64,000 nt of DNA from Candidatus Woesearchaeota archaeon (GTDB taxonomy: Archaea; Nanobdellota; Nanobdellia; Woesearchaeales; SKIA01), in assembly GCA_046704725.1 (NCBI GenBank), contig JBJKRI010000004.1:1-64000 (forward strand), given 5' to 3'. Numbering within the stretch: the stretch's first letter is position 1; the number at the start of each line of letters is the position of its first letter. The notes beneath the pieces are model-generated. The model worked only from the letters and a program-made list of their open reading frames with translations, was not told where the DNA came from and made no database searches. Both the position numbers and the translations under genes were made by a program. Positions 50,824 to 60,019 of this stretch are shown one piece after another.

Positions 50824-51118
50824 CTCATTACCCCCAGAAACAGGAGCACACAACCGCCTTAAAAATTCATATGGTGCGCCAGCGCACATGTCATCAACGA
50901 GTGAAACAGTGTAAGCGCAAGGACTAAATACACGCACGCAAAAGAGCCAAGAAATGCGCGGAATGCACGAGATCCGGATGTGGTATATCCCGAATCGTAT
51001 CATCCTGCGCAAGCCCTGTCATTGCTGAGGACCCGGATGCGGGCGCCTCGGACGATGACAGGAACCACATCTTCTCTGAGCGCCCCGCCACAAGAGGTCC
51101 CTGGCGGAGGAATGACGG

Positions 51119-51406
51119 ATGGAATGCACCATGTGCGAAGAACCCATCACCAACCCGTTGTGCCCGGACTGCCTGGGACAGGCAGTCAGTGCGTGGCTAA
51201 ACGAGCAGAGGCCACGAAAGGTCGCTGCGCTCCAAAATCTCACGAACAGCTGGAAGAGCCAGCACGGCGAGCACTGCATCCGCTGCGGACAATCGTTCGT
51301 CTTGTGCACGTACTGCTACACGAAGGACGTGTTCAACTGGCTGCGCGACGGGGAACTGCAAGTGCAATTCCTGAGGCATTTCGACTTCCTGAGTCAAAAC
51401 GCATAA
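51119..51406 (+). CDS. Small Cys-rich Zn-binding protein
   Basis: Four CxxC pairs (CTMC, CPDC, CIRC, CTYC). Confidence 0.7.
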   Translation: MECTMCEEPITNPLCPDCLGQAVSAWLNEQRPRKVAALQNLTNSWKSQHGEHCIRCGQSFVLCTYCYTKDVFNWLRDGELQVQFLRHFDFLSQNA

Positions 51407-51430
51407 AAGCCCCGCACGGCTCGACAATGC

Positions 51431-52039
51431 ATGCCATCGAAAAGCCAGCTGGCCGTGGCGCTCTCGAAGCTCAAGGGCTTCGACAAGCCCAAGGATGCGC
51501 TCGAGCAATACCGCACGGACGGCGACACGGCAGCGGACCTGCTGCACAAAGCGCAACTCATCGACGGCATCGAAGGCAAACGCGTCGCCGACCTCGGGGC
51601 AGGGACCGGCATCCTCGGGATCGGCTGCCTGCAACTGGGAGCATCGCACGTCACCTTCGTGGAGATCGACGAGGAAGCGATCACGCTGCTCGAAGAGAAC
51701 CTCGCGCCCTTCGCACAGGACAGGAGAGAGATCATCCACGGAGGAGTGCAGCACGTGCAAGCGGACATCGTCGTCATGAACCCGCCTTTTGGCGTGCAGC
51801 GCACGCACGCGGACCGTCCGTTCCTGCTTGCGGCATTCTCGTCCGCGCCGATCATCTACAGCCTGCACCTCGCGGGGTCGGAAGGCTTTCTGGACGCGCT
51901 GTGCAACGAGCATGGCTACGCACGCACGCACACCTGGGACTACGAGCTCCAGCTGGCTCGGAGCATGAAGCACCACCGCCAACGCACGCACCGGACGGCC
52001 GCGATCGGGGTGCGCCTCGAGAGAAGGCAACCTTTATAA
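51431..52039 (+). CDS. METTL5-family N6-adenine RNA methyltransferase
   Basis: LEQY.T, DLGAGTG, MNPPFG, YSLH. Confidence 0.88.
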   Translation: MPSKSQLAVALSKLKGFDKPKDALEQYRTDGDTAADLLHKAQLIDGIEGKRVADLGAGTGILGIGCLQLGASHVTFVEIDEEAITLLEENLAPFAQDRREIIHGGVQHVQADIVVMNPPFGVQRTHADRPFLLAAFSSAPIIYSLHLAGSEGFLDALCNEHGYARTHTWDYELQLARSMKHHRQRTHRTAAIGVRLERRQPL

Positions 52040-52062
52040 ACGGGTCTGGGGTTCCGCGACAC

Positions 52063-52338
52063 ATGGAGATCGCAGTCCTCGAGCAGGACAAGAACCGGAT
52101 GAAGTTCGTCCTGAAAGGAGCCGGACACACCTTCTGCAACAACCTGAAACGCGAGCTGTACGCGGACAAGAACGTCCACGTCGCGAGCTACAGGGTGGAC
52201 CACCCGCTCATCGGCACGCCGACCTTCATTCTCGAAAAGACCGGGACCGCGTCATTCGCGAAGATCCTCGCGGACGCGGCAAAACGGATACAGAAACAGA
52301 ACGCGGAGGCCCAAAAGGCCTTCAAGAAACTGAAGTGA
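52063..52338 (+). CDS. rpoL: RNA polymerase subunit Rpo11 (L)
   Basis: GHTFCNNL, ASYRVDHPL. Confidence 0.92.
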   Translation: MEIAVLEQDKNRMKFVLKGAGHTFCNNLKRELYADKNVHVASYRVDHPLIGTPTFILEKTGTASFAKILADAAKRIQKQNAEAQKAFKKLK

Positions 52339-52544
52339 GCCTGAAAATCATCGAGCATCGCTGCCCGGAATGCGGAGCGGCCCTCCAGCCTGCCCGCGTC
52401 GGAGACGAGACCATCCGTGCATGCCGATGCGGATACGGACAGCCGGAGAAGCGGGAGGAGAACACGCGAGGGATAGTGACCTATATCCAGCAGCTCGGAG
52501 CGGCAACGCTCACACACCTCATGCAGAACCGTGAAAAGCGCTAG
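52335..52544 (+). CDS. Small Zn-ribbon protein
   Basis: CPECG...CRCGY; overlaps the rpoL stop. Confidence 0.55.
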   Translation: MSLKIIEHRCPECGAALQPARVGDETIRACRCGYGQPEKREENTRGIVTYIQQLGAATLTHLMQNREKR

Positions 52545-53242
52545 GCGCCGAAACGGCGTTCGCGGGAAGCATACTGTGACAAGCACTCGTCGAACTCCTC
52601 CTTGGAGAAGGCGGGCCAGAGCGAATCCACGAAGCACCACTCGCTGTACGGGCTCTGCCAGAGAAGAAAGTTCGAGGTCCGCCGTTCGCCGCCAGTACGG
52701 ATGATGAGATCGGGACTGTCAGCCATGACGAGCGCATCATCCACGATCGCTTCCGAGATATCAACCGGGGAGAGCTCACCGTCCCTCACGCGCTCGGCGA
52801 GCGAACGGAAAGCGTCGACGAGCTCCTCACGACCGCCGTAGGCGATCGCGACGTTCAACAAATAGTCGGAGAAATCCGTGGTCGCCTCCTCAAGCGCCGA
52901 CAATGCCGAGCGCACGGACGCGGGAAGCATATCCAGCCGTCCGAGGAACCGCACACGCACCTTATTGCGCATCACTTCAGAACCGGGCTTGACCTGCTCT
53001 TTAGCGAAACCCGTGAAGGTCCGCATGAGGAAATCGAACTCTATTTTGGGACGGGAGAAATTCTGCAATGACAACGCATACACCGTCACGGTGCGGATGC
53101 CCGCATCGCGGCACCATGAGAGCACCTCCTTGAGCTTGGAAGCGCCCTGTGAGTGTCCGACGGACGGGTCCTTGAGCAAGGCGCGCGCGTACCGTCGATT
53201 CCCATCCATGATGAAAGCGACATGCGAAGGGGTCATGCGCAT
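52541..53242 (-). CDS. uppS: cis-prenyltransferase (polyprenyl diphosphate synthase)
   Basis: HVAFIMDGNRRYA, AYGGREE, IRTGGERRTSNFLLWQ, RRFG. Confidence 0.95.
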   Translation of the reverse strand: MRMTPSHVAFIMDGNRRYARALLKDPSVGHSQGASKLKEVLSWCRDAGIRTVTVYALSLQNFSRPKIEFDFLMRTFTGFAKEQVKPGSEVMRNKVRVRFLGRLDMLPASVRSALSALEEATTDFSDYLLNVAIAYGGREELVDAFRSLAERVRDGELSPVDISEAIVDDALVMADSPDLIIRTGGERRTSNFLLWQSPYSEWCFVDSLWPAFSKEEFDECLSQYASRERRFGA

Positions 53243-53322
53243 CGGACCGGAAAAGTGAATATAAAGATTCCTGGGAGCGCCGGAACGAATCCTTATAAAC
53301 AAGAGAGTCCCGGAACGGACGG

Positions 53323-53913
53323 ATGAACGCGATACTCAAGTTCCTGCTCTTCTTGCTCGGCATCGTGCTCGTCGCAGGAGTCCTGTTCCAACTCGCTCAC
53401 CCGCCGGTCAGGACGAACACGAACCCGGTGGCCCAACCGAACTACACCGCCGTCGTGCCGCCCGGTTTCACCGCCGAGAACGTGACGCGCGTGCTCGACC
53501 CGCACGACGCCGGAAAGCTCATGACGCCGCGCCTGCCATTGGTGAAGATCGCCGACAAGATCACAAGCATCGCCTGCCCTGGCGGAGGGATGCAATGCAA
53601 GGCCAAAGCCCTGCTCGTCTGGACGCGCACCAACATCCAGCACCTTGCGGTATTGCCGCCGAACGAACAGATACTCGGGCCCGAAGAGACCATCCTCTAC
53701 CGGCAGGGCGACGACACGACGATGAGCGTCCTGCTCATCGCGATGCTACGGGCAGAAGGCATCAAGGCACGCATGGGCATCACGCCGTACGTGACGTTCG
53801 TCGAAGCGACCGTGGGCGGCGTGAACGTGCAGCTCGATCCCGGATGCGCCGATTGCGCGTACGGCGATAGCCGATACACCGGCCAAGCGAAAGACATCAC
53901 CTGGGTGTCGTAG
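53323..53913 (+). CDS. Membrane-anchored transglutaminase-like protein, probably inactive
   Basis: PEETI...QGDD (no Cys)...LIAMLRAEGI, LDP. Confidence 0.62.
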   Translation: MNAILKFLLFLLGIVLVAGVLFQLAHPPVRTNTNPVAQPNYTAVVPPGFTAENVTRVLDPHDAGKLMTPRLPLVKIADKITSIACPGGGMQCKAKALLVWTRTNIQHLAVLPPNEQILGPEETILYRQGDDTTMSVLLIAMLRAEGIKARMGITPYVTFVEATVGGVNVQLDPGCADCAYGDSRYTGQAKDITWVS

Positions 53914-55225
53914 GAGACACGACCATACCGTCCAGCACCTTCCCGTCTATGAAGCGCACCCCCTCCTCAGCGAGCAACCGTCGCTTGCGATCGAGCGGCT
54001 CGCCAGAGACCGCGCCCATGAAACCGCCGATCGTGCCGTCAGAAGCGATGACGCGATGGCACGGCACGGTAGGCGCGTAGGGATTCTTGCGCAAGGCCGC
54101 GCCGACAGCACGGTACGCGGCACTATCGAGCGCTCTGGCCACCAAGGCATACGTGGTGACCTTCCCGACGGGAACCGAGCGCACGGCGCGATAGACGCGC
54201 TCGGCGAAGGAATCAGCAACGAGCGTGGCTGGACGGATGCGGAGCTCGGGGAAACGCTTGTCGAGCACGACCAGATACTCACGCAACTGCGACAGGTTCT
54301 GGGGGCGCGGGCTGTGCCGGGCACGCTCGAAATCGATGAGCGTGACCGCCTGCCCGGAGACGATGACGTGCTTGTAGGGATTGGTGAACTCGGTCTTGCG
54401 GATGCCGGCATGATCCAGCAAACGGGCCTGTCGTACCAGTTCGGAGAGCACCTCCAGCGCCTCGACGCGAGAGGCGTGCGAGAGGAACTCCTCGATGCGC
54501 TCGCCCGGAACGTACGCTATGCACAACACAGCATCCTCATGGGAGAAATATTGCGGGCCGATGCCCAGAGCGTTCACAATGCCGAGCATACGCGCCTCCT
54601 GCGTGATGCGGCGCTGGTCAGCGATCTTGAAGACGCGGTCATCCTCCTTGTACACGCGGCTGCGCTTTCCCGATGCGAGGTACCGTGCGGCAGGATGATC
54701 GGGCAGGGCGAAGACGATGCGATAGACACGAAGCTCCTCGAACGAGATTCGTCGCTTTTCGACGACCTCCCAGGAGAACCCGCGCTCGAGCAAGGACCGC
54801 TCGACCACCGCGAAGTTCGTGCGGGAAGAGACGAGCAGGAATGCCTGTCCGTCGCGGGACAGATGGTCGGCGAGCCCGGAGAGGAAACGGACGGTCCATT
54901 CGTAGCCGTGAGGACCGCCGTCGAGCGCGACGTCCGGAGCGGCTCTCTCGTCCGGGAGGTACGGCGCGTTGCATACCACAGTATCGAAGACGCCATCCAC
55001 GGCGGAGAACAGGTCTGAACGGTGGGCATCGACCCCTGCCTTGCGCGCGGCGGCGACGGCCTCAGGATCGATATCGACAGCCACGACCGCGCCCACATCA
55101 GGATTCTCTTTCGCGGCGATCGCCTGCACGCCGCTGCCAGTACCCATATCCAACACCCGGCCCTTGGCGGCAGAGCGTACGACGCGCGAGAGCAGTTCGC
55201 TGTCCTCACGAGGCTCGTATACCAT
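53897..55225 (-). CDS. Fusion: HemK2/PrmC-like methyltransferase + RIO/Bud32-like kinase + MGMT/Ogt domain
   Basis: VYEPREDS, LDMGTGSG, NAPY; GKRSRVY, IDFER; GKVTTY, RAVG, PCHRV. Confidence 0.85.
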   Translation of the reverse strand: MVYEPREDSELLSRVVRSAAKGRVLDMGTGSGVQAIAAKENPDVGAVVAVDIDPEAVAAARKAGVDAHRSDLFSAVDGVFDTVVCNAPYLPDERAAPDVALDGGPHGYEWTVRFLSGLADHLSRDGQAFLLVSSRTNFAVVERSLLERGFSWEVVEKRRISFEELRVYRIVFALPDHPAARYLASGKRSRVYKEDDRVFKIADQRRITQEARMLGIVNALGIGPQYFSHEDAVLCIAYVPGERIEEFLSHASRVEALEVLSELVRQARLLDHAGIRKTEFTNPYKHVIVSGQAVTLIDFERARHSPRPQNLSQLREYLVVLDKRFPELRIRPATLVADSFAERVYRAVRSVPVGKVTTYALVARALDSAAYRAVGAALRKNPYAPTVPCHRVIASDGTIGGFMGAVSGEPLDRKRRLLAEEGVRFIDGKVLDGMVVSPTTPR

Positions 55226-55247
55226 ACGACGAGAATACCGCGGTCGT

Positions 55248-55712
55248 TTATCTGCCTTTACCGAAGGCCTTGTCGGCGACGGCCAGATATTCCTTGACCC
55301 GAGACAATATGGAGGCGAGGAAATACTGCTCGACATGCTCCTCGAAGATCGAGACGAGCGAAGCGTTCTCGCGCACGCGATACGCGTTCTTCACCTTCTC
55401 GACGAGGAATATCTCGCGCAGGCGCAACACCTGGCGGCGGATGTTCGAGGGAGCGACGCCGAGGACGGGGACCCCTGCCGCTTCCCGGGCGTCGATGGTC
55501 GCGTGCTCGATCTGCTTGCTCGTGAGCGGCTCTTTCGCGCGCAGCAGGACATGCAAGACATCGACGATGACATCGCGGCTATCGCCGGGCTGCAGTACGC
55601 CTAGGGAAAGGCAGAGCTTTCGCACGAGTTCGCGCTCGGACAGGCCGCGCGGCGGCTCGTACTTGCGCAGCGTCAGTTCTCCAAGGGGGGTATCTGTTGC
55701 TTTTCTTGCCAT
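55248..55712 (-). CDS. wHTH-like hypothetical, distant relative of the 7607 regulator
   Basis: LTLRKYEPP, CLSLGVLQPGDSRD, NIRRQVLRLR. Confidence 0.7.
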   Translation of the reverse strand: MARKATDTPLGELTLRKYEPPRGLSERELVRKLCLSLGVLQPGDSRDVIVDVLHVLLRAKEPLTSKQIEHATIDAREAAGVPVLGVAPSNIRRQVLRLREIFLVEKVKNAYRVRENASLVSIFEEHVEQYFLASILSRVKEYLAVADKAFGKGR

Positions 55713-56545
55713 GCGTTCTTCTCCACGTGCAGCACGCGCTGCGGGAAGGGAATCGTGATGCCCTGCTCGTCGAGCGCGTCCTTGATGCGCTCGAGATACT
55801 CTTGCCTGATGGCGAGCTCGTCCTCGGCCTTGTTGACCCAGACGCGGAGCAGGATGTTCACACCGCTGTCGGCGAGCTCGGTCACGACGACCGTGGGCCG
55901 CAGGTACTGCGACAGTCGCGTATCCGCCGAGGGGTCGACGAGCGAGAGCACGACCGAGCGCGTCTTGCTCACGCTGTCGCTGTAGCTGATGGAGAACGGG
56001 ATCTCCACGCGCACCTCGCCGTTCTTGGTGTGATTGACGACGAGCTGGTTGACGATAGAGGTGTTGGGCACGATGAGGTACTGGTTCTGGAGCGTGCGGA
56101 TGCGCGTGGAACGCATCGTGATCTCCGTCACGCGCCCGTACAGGCTATTGACCTCGATGTAGTCGCCCACATAGAATGGCTTGTCCCAGAAGATCGTGAC
56201 GCCGGCGATATAGTTGCTCACGGTGTCCTGCGCCGCGAAGCCGAGGCCGACGCCCACGATACCCAGGCCGGTGAGCGCATCCCCGATACGCACGCCCATC
56301 TGGTATAAGGCGATGACCGCGCCGACGATGATGAGGAAGTACTTGTAGGTCTTGAGAGACAAGGAGATGATGCTCGCGTGGACGTGCCGTCGCTCGAGCG
56401 CCGCGCGCAAGAGCAGGACGGTGCCCTGGTACATCGCGTAGAACGCCGCGAAGATGAGCAGTCCGACCAGGAAGCGCGGAAGGAAGGTGACGAAAGAGCC
56501 CCAGACACGCGCGAGCTCGGCGACCGGGATGATGCTGAGGGCCAT
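55673..56545 (-). CDS. mscS: Small-conductance mechanosensitive channel
   Basis: GLGFAAQD..SN..AG, PFYVGDYI, G.V.EI.MRST, IPFPQ. Confidence 0.93.
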   Translation of the reverse strand: MALSIIPVAELARVWGSFVTFLPRFLVGLLIFAAFYAMYQGTVLLLRAALERRHVHASIISLSLKTYKYFLIIVGAVIALYQMGVRIGDALTGLGIVGVGLGFAAQDTVSNYIAGVTIFWDKPFYVGDYIEVNSLYGRVTEITMRSTRIRTLQNQYLIVPNTSIVNQLVVNHTKNGEVRVEIPFSISYSDSVSKTRSVVLSLVDPSADTRLSQYLRPTVVVTELADSGVNILLRVWVNKAEDELAIRQEYLERIKDALDEQGITIPFPQRVLHVEKNAWQEKQQIPPLEN

Positions 56546-56578
56546 TCCGCTTAAAAATTGTGAGCAGGGTATTTAAGC

Positions 56579-59500
56579 CTATTCCTGGAGGGCGATGCCG
56601 TAGCGCAACGCGCGTTTCCGCACGCGCTCCTCGGCCGTGTGCGGCGTCGTGAGCTTGTCGACGAAGGAGACGGCCGTCACGCCGCAGACCGTCTTGAGCT
56701 CGTCCTCGCGGCCGCTCACGACGTCCTGGAGGTCCGTGGCGAGCTGGATGCTGACGCGGTCGGTCTTGTCCATGCCTGCCTCCTTGCGCAGGCGCTGTAT
56801 GCGCCTGACGAGCTCGCGGAAAAAGCCTTCCTTTAGCAGCTCTTCGTCCTGCGCTGTGGAGACGAGCACCTTGATGCCCTGCGACTCCGCGAACGCCCAA
56901 CCGTCCGGCGCGTGCGCGGTCACTGACAGGAACTCCGGGCCCAAGGTCTCTTCCAGTACGGTCACCTTCCCATCCTTGGCGAACTGCGCGCCGAGCCGGT
57001 CGGCGTCCTTCTTGATGGCCGTCGCGAGCTCGGCGGTACGGGCCCCGAAGGACTTGCCGAGCGCCTTGAAATCGGGATCCACCGTGAAGGACAACGGGAG
57101 GGATTCCTCGAAGCGGATCTCCTTGACGTTCGCTTGTTGGGCGACGAGGGAAGCGAGCTCATCCGGCAGCACAGCAACGCCACTGACCCGCGCGGTGCGG
57201 AGCGGCCAGCGCAGACCCGTCTGTGCCTTGTCACGCGCCGCCAGGATGACGCTGAGCACGTCCATGGCCTCATGCATACCGCCTTCGAGCGCGGTATCGA
57301 TCCGTTTTTCGTCCGCAGCGGGAAGGCCGCTCAAGTGCACGCTCTGCTCCTGCAATCCGAGCGGACCGCGGAGGTTCCGCCAGATGGCCTCGGTGATGAA
57401 CGGCGAGACCGAAGCGAGCAGACGGACAGCGATGAGATATGATTCGGTCAAAGCGCTGCGCACGGCCGCACGCTCGTCATCGGTGCCCTGCGCGACCTTG
57501 GGGCGCACCAGCTGGATGTATGTCCGGCTGATATCGTCGAGCAGGGATTCGATCGCTTCGGGGATGCGGTCGAGGCGATAGGCGTCCAGGAGGTCCGCGA
57601 CCTGTTTCGCGGTGCTGTGGGCGCGCGACAGGATGTACCGCTCCTCGACACCCAACGAAGGCTTCCCCCGCGCGTCGGCGTACAGGTCGAGCAGGTACTT
57701 GTGGATGTTCCAATAGACGAGCAAGCTCTTGCGCTTGTTCTCGCAATCATCGAGATTATAGTTGAGGTCCTGGCCGGCGCGTGTGCCGCTGATGAGGTAC
57801 AAGCGCACGGCGTCAGCGCCGTACTTGCCGATGACCTCCTCCGGCAGGATGTAGTTGCCCTCGCTCTTGGACATCTTGCGTCCCTGGGCGTCCTGTATCA
57901 TGCCGTGCATGTACACGTTCTTGAAGGGCAGCTTGTCGAAGGCGACGGTCGATGCGACCATGAGCAGGTTGAACCAGCCGCGTATCTGGTCGTTGCCCTC
58001 GATGATGAAATCCGCGGGGAAGAACGTATCGAAGAGATCCTTGCGTGCGGGGAAGTGCAGCGACGCGAACGACGCGACACCCGCATCAACCCAGACGTCG
58101 ATCACGTCGGGCAAGCGACGAAACGTCTTCTTGCCCTTCTTGATGATGACATCATCGATCCACGGCTTGTGCAGCTCCTTCACCGGATGCCCGCAGAGCC
58201 TTTCGAGCTCTTCCTTGGAGCCCACGACGATGACATCGTCCGGGTCCTCCTCGTTGCGCCAGACAGGGAAAGGCGTCCCCCAGAAGCGTTGCTTGGTCAG
58301 GCTGTTGTCGCGCAGGTTCTCCAGCCAGCTGTTGAAGGCGTTGAAACCGGCCTCGGGAACCCAATGGGCCTTCTTGTTCTGCGCGACCATACGCTCCTTG
58401 AGGTCATCTACATGCAAGAACCACTGCCGCGTCGTCTTATAGACGATGGGCTGCTTGGAGCGCTCGGCGAACGGATAATCGTGGACGTAGGGCTCGATCG
58501 CGACGAGCATGCCCTTCGCCTCGATCTGCTCGGTGAAAAAAGCGTCCTCGAAACGCGCGCGCTTGCCCGAGAAGATGTCGACGTCCTCAGGGTACCGGCC
58601 CCGCTCGTCGAGGAGGTTCCAGGCCGGGACGTCCTCGCGCACGCCCACCTCGTAATCCTCGGGGCCGCAGCCGGGAGCGGCGTGGACAAGACCGGTGCCG
58701 CTGTCGGTCGTCACGTACTCGACGGAAGCGACGACAGTATGGACATTGGGATGGTCCTTCTTGAGGGACGCGTAGTCGAAGGTGTCCGCGAAGAAATGCG
58801 TGTATTCCGCGCCGACGAGCTCCTTGCCAGGAGTCTTCCCGATGATTGTGCCCTTCTTTCCCGCGCCGGCCAGCACGGCGTCCACGCGCTGCTCGGCAAT
58901 GATCCAAACCTCATCATCCACCTTGACGTGCGCGTACGAGACGTCGGGATTCACCATGATCATGAGATTGAAGGGGATCGTCCACGGAGTGGTCGTCCAG
59001 ACGATGAAGAACTCGTCCTTCGCGTCCAGGCGGGGAAACTTCACGTAGATGCTCTTGTCCTCGACCTCCTGGTAATAGAGCTCGTGCTTGGCGAGGGCGG
59101 TCTCGTGCACGGGATCCCAGTACATGGGACGCAAGCCCTCATAGAGCCGTCCGTTCTCGTGGGCATGCTTGATGAGCCACCACACAGCGCCGATCCACTC
59201 GTCGCTGATCGTCTGGTAAGGATCGTCGAAATCGAGCCAGACACCGAGGCGCGCGAAGTCCTCGTTCATGGCGTGCATGCGCGATACGGTCAGGTCGCGG
59301 CAGTAGGTCGCGAAACGCTCGACGCCGTACGAGACGATATCCTCCTTGTTCTTGAGGCCGAGCTCGCGCATAGCGGCGTGCTCGTTGGGAAGGCCGTGCA
59401 TGTCGTAGCCCGCGCGGTCCCAGACCCTACGGCCCTGCATGCGTCGCAACCGCACGACCAGGTCCTTCATGCTCTTGTTCCACGCCGTGCCGATATGGAC

Positions 59501-59647
59501 CTTGCCGCTCGTGTAGGGAGGGCCGTCGAGGAAATAGAACGGCTCTCCCGAAGCCTTCTTGTTCGCCGCCGCATGAAGACCGTTCTTCTTCCAGAAGTCC
59601 AGCACAGCGGGCTCGAGCACGGTGAAATCCGGGTCGGGATACTCCAT
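56579..59647 (-). CDS. ileS: Isoleucyl-tRNA synthetase
   Basis: DGPPY..G..HIGT, WTTTPWT, GTGLVH.AP, DQIRGWF, KMSKS. Confidence 0.96.
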   Translation of the reverse strand: MEYPDPDFTVLEPAVLDFWKKNGLHAAANKKASGEPFYFLDGPPYTSGKVHIGTAWNKSMKDLVVRLRRMQGRRVWDRAGYDMHGLPNEHAAMRELGLKNKEDIVSYGVERFATYCRDLTVSRMHAMNEDFARLGVWLDFDDPYQTISDEWIGAVWWLIKHAHENGRLYEGLRPMYWDPVHETALAKHELYYQEVEDKSIYVKFPRLDAKDEFFIVWTTTPWTIPFNLMIMVNPDVSYAHVKVDDEVWIIAEQRVDAVLAGAGKKGTIIGKTPGKELVGAEYTHFFADTFDYASLKKDHPNVHTVVASVEYVTTDSGTGLVHAAPGCGPEDYEVGVREDVPAWNLLDERGRYPEDVDIFSGKRARFEDAFFTEQIEAKGMLVAIEPYVHDYPFAERSKQPIVYKTTRQWFLHVDDLKERMVAQNKKAHWVPEAGFNAFNSWLENLRDNSLTKQRFWGTPFPVWRNEEDPDDVIVVGSKEELERLCGHPVKELHKPWIDDVIIKKGKKTFRRLPDVIDVWVDAGVASFASLHFPARKDLFDTFFPADFIIEGNDQIRGWFNLLMVASTVAFDKLPFKNVYMHGMIQDAQGRKMSKSEGNYILPEEVIGKYGADAVRLYLISGTRAGQDLNYNLDDCENKRKSLLVYWNIHKYLLDLYADARGKPSLGVEERYILSRAHSTAKQVADLLDAYRLDRIPEAIESLLDDISRTYIQLVRPKVAQGTDDERAAVRSALTESYLIAVRLLASVSPFITEAIWRNLRGPLGLQEQSVHLSGLPAADEKRIDTALEGGMHEAMDVLSVILAARDKAQTGLRWPLRTARVSGVAVLPDELASLVAQQANVKEIRFEESLPLSFTVDPDFKALGKSFGARTAELATAIKKDADRLGAQFAKDGKVTVLEETLGPEFLSVTAHAPDGWAFAESQGIKVLVSTAQDEELLKEGFFRELVRRIQRLRKEAGMDKTDRVSIQLATDLQDVVSGREDELKTVCGVTAVSFVDKLTTPHTAEERVRKRALRYGIALQE

Positions 59648-59698
59648 GTAAGGGTGCGCACGCGTAGCTTTAAAAGGGTTTTCGGTCCTCCGGAACGT

Positions 59699-59995
59699 AT
59701 GCCAGTAGAGACTATCCGCGGATGCCCCGTCTGCGGCGGGACCGTCTCCGGGAACGGAGTCCTCGGCTACCTGTGCGGGCACTGCTCGCTCGTATTCAGC
59801 AAGAAGCACTTCTCTGGCCATCCGAGCAGAAAAGAGCTGCTGAGCGCGTTCGAGCGGACCGTGCGATACGTGCGCGCCGATGACAGCAATACCTATCACG
59901 TGCCTATGTGCAAATACGCCAAGCGAATCGACACGCAGCTGGAAGTGACGGACACGACCGGATTGCGTGCCTGCCGATGCGTGCGAAAGCCATAA
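59699..59995 (+). CDS. Zn-ribbon plus Ada-like metal-binding domain protein
   Basis: CPVC..CGHC; SNTYHVPMCKYAKRI...G.RACRC. Confidence 0.65.
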   Translation: MPVETIRGCPVCGGTVSGNGVLGYLCGHCSLVFSKKHFSGHPSRKELLSAFERTVRYVRADDSNTYHVPMCKYAKRIDTQLEVTDTTGLRACRCVRKP

Positions 59996-60019
59996 AAGGG
60001 CCTGGCCGAACGCCACTGG

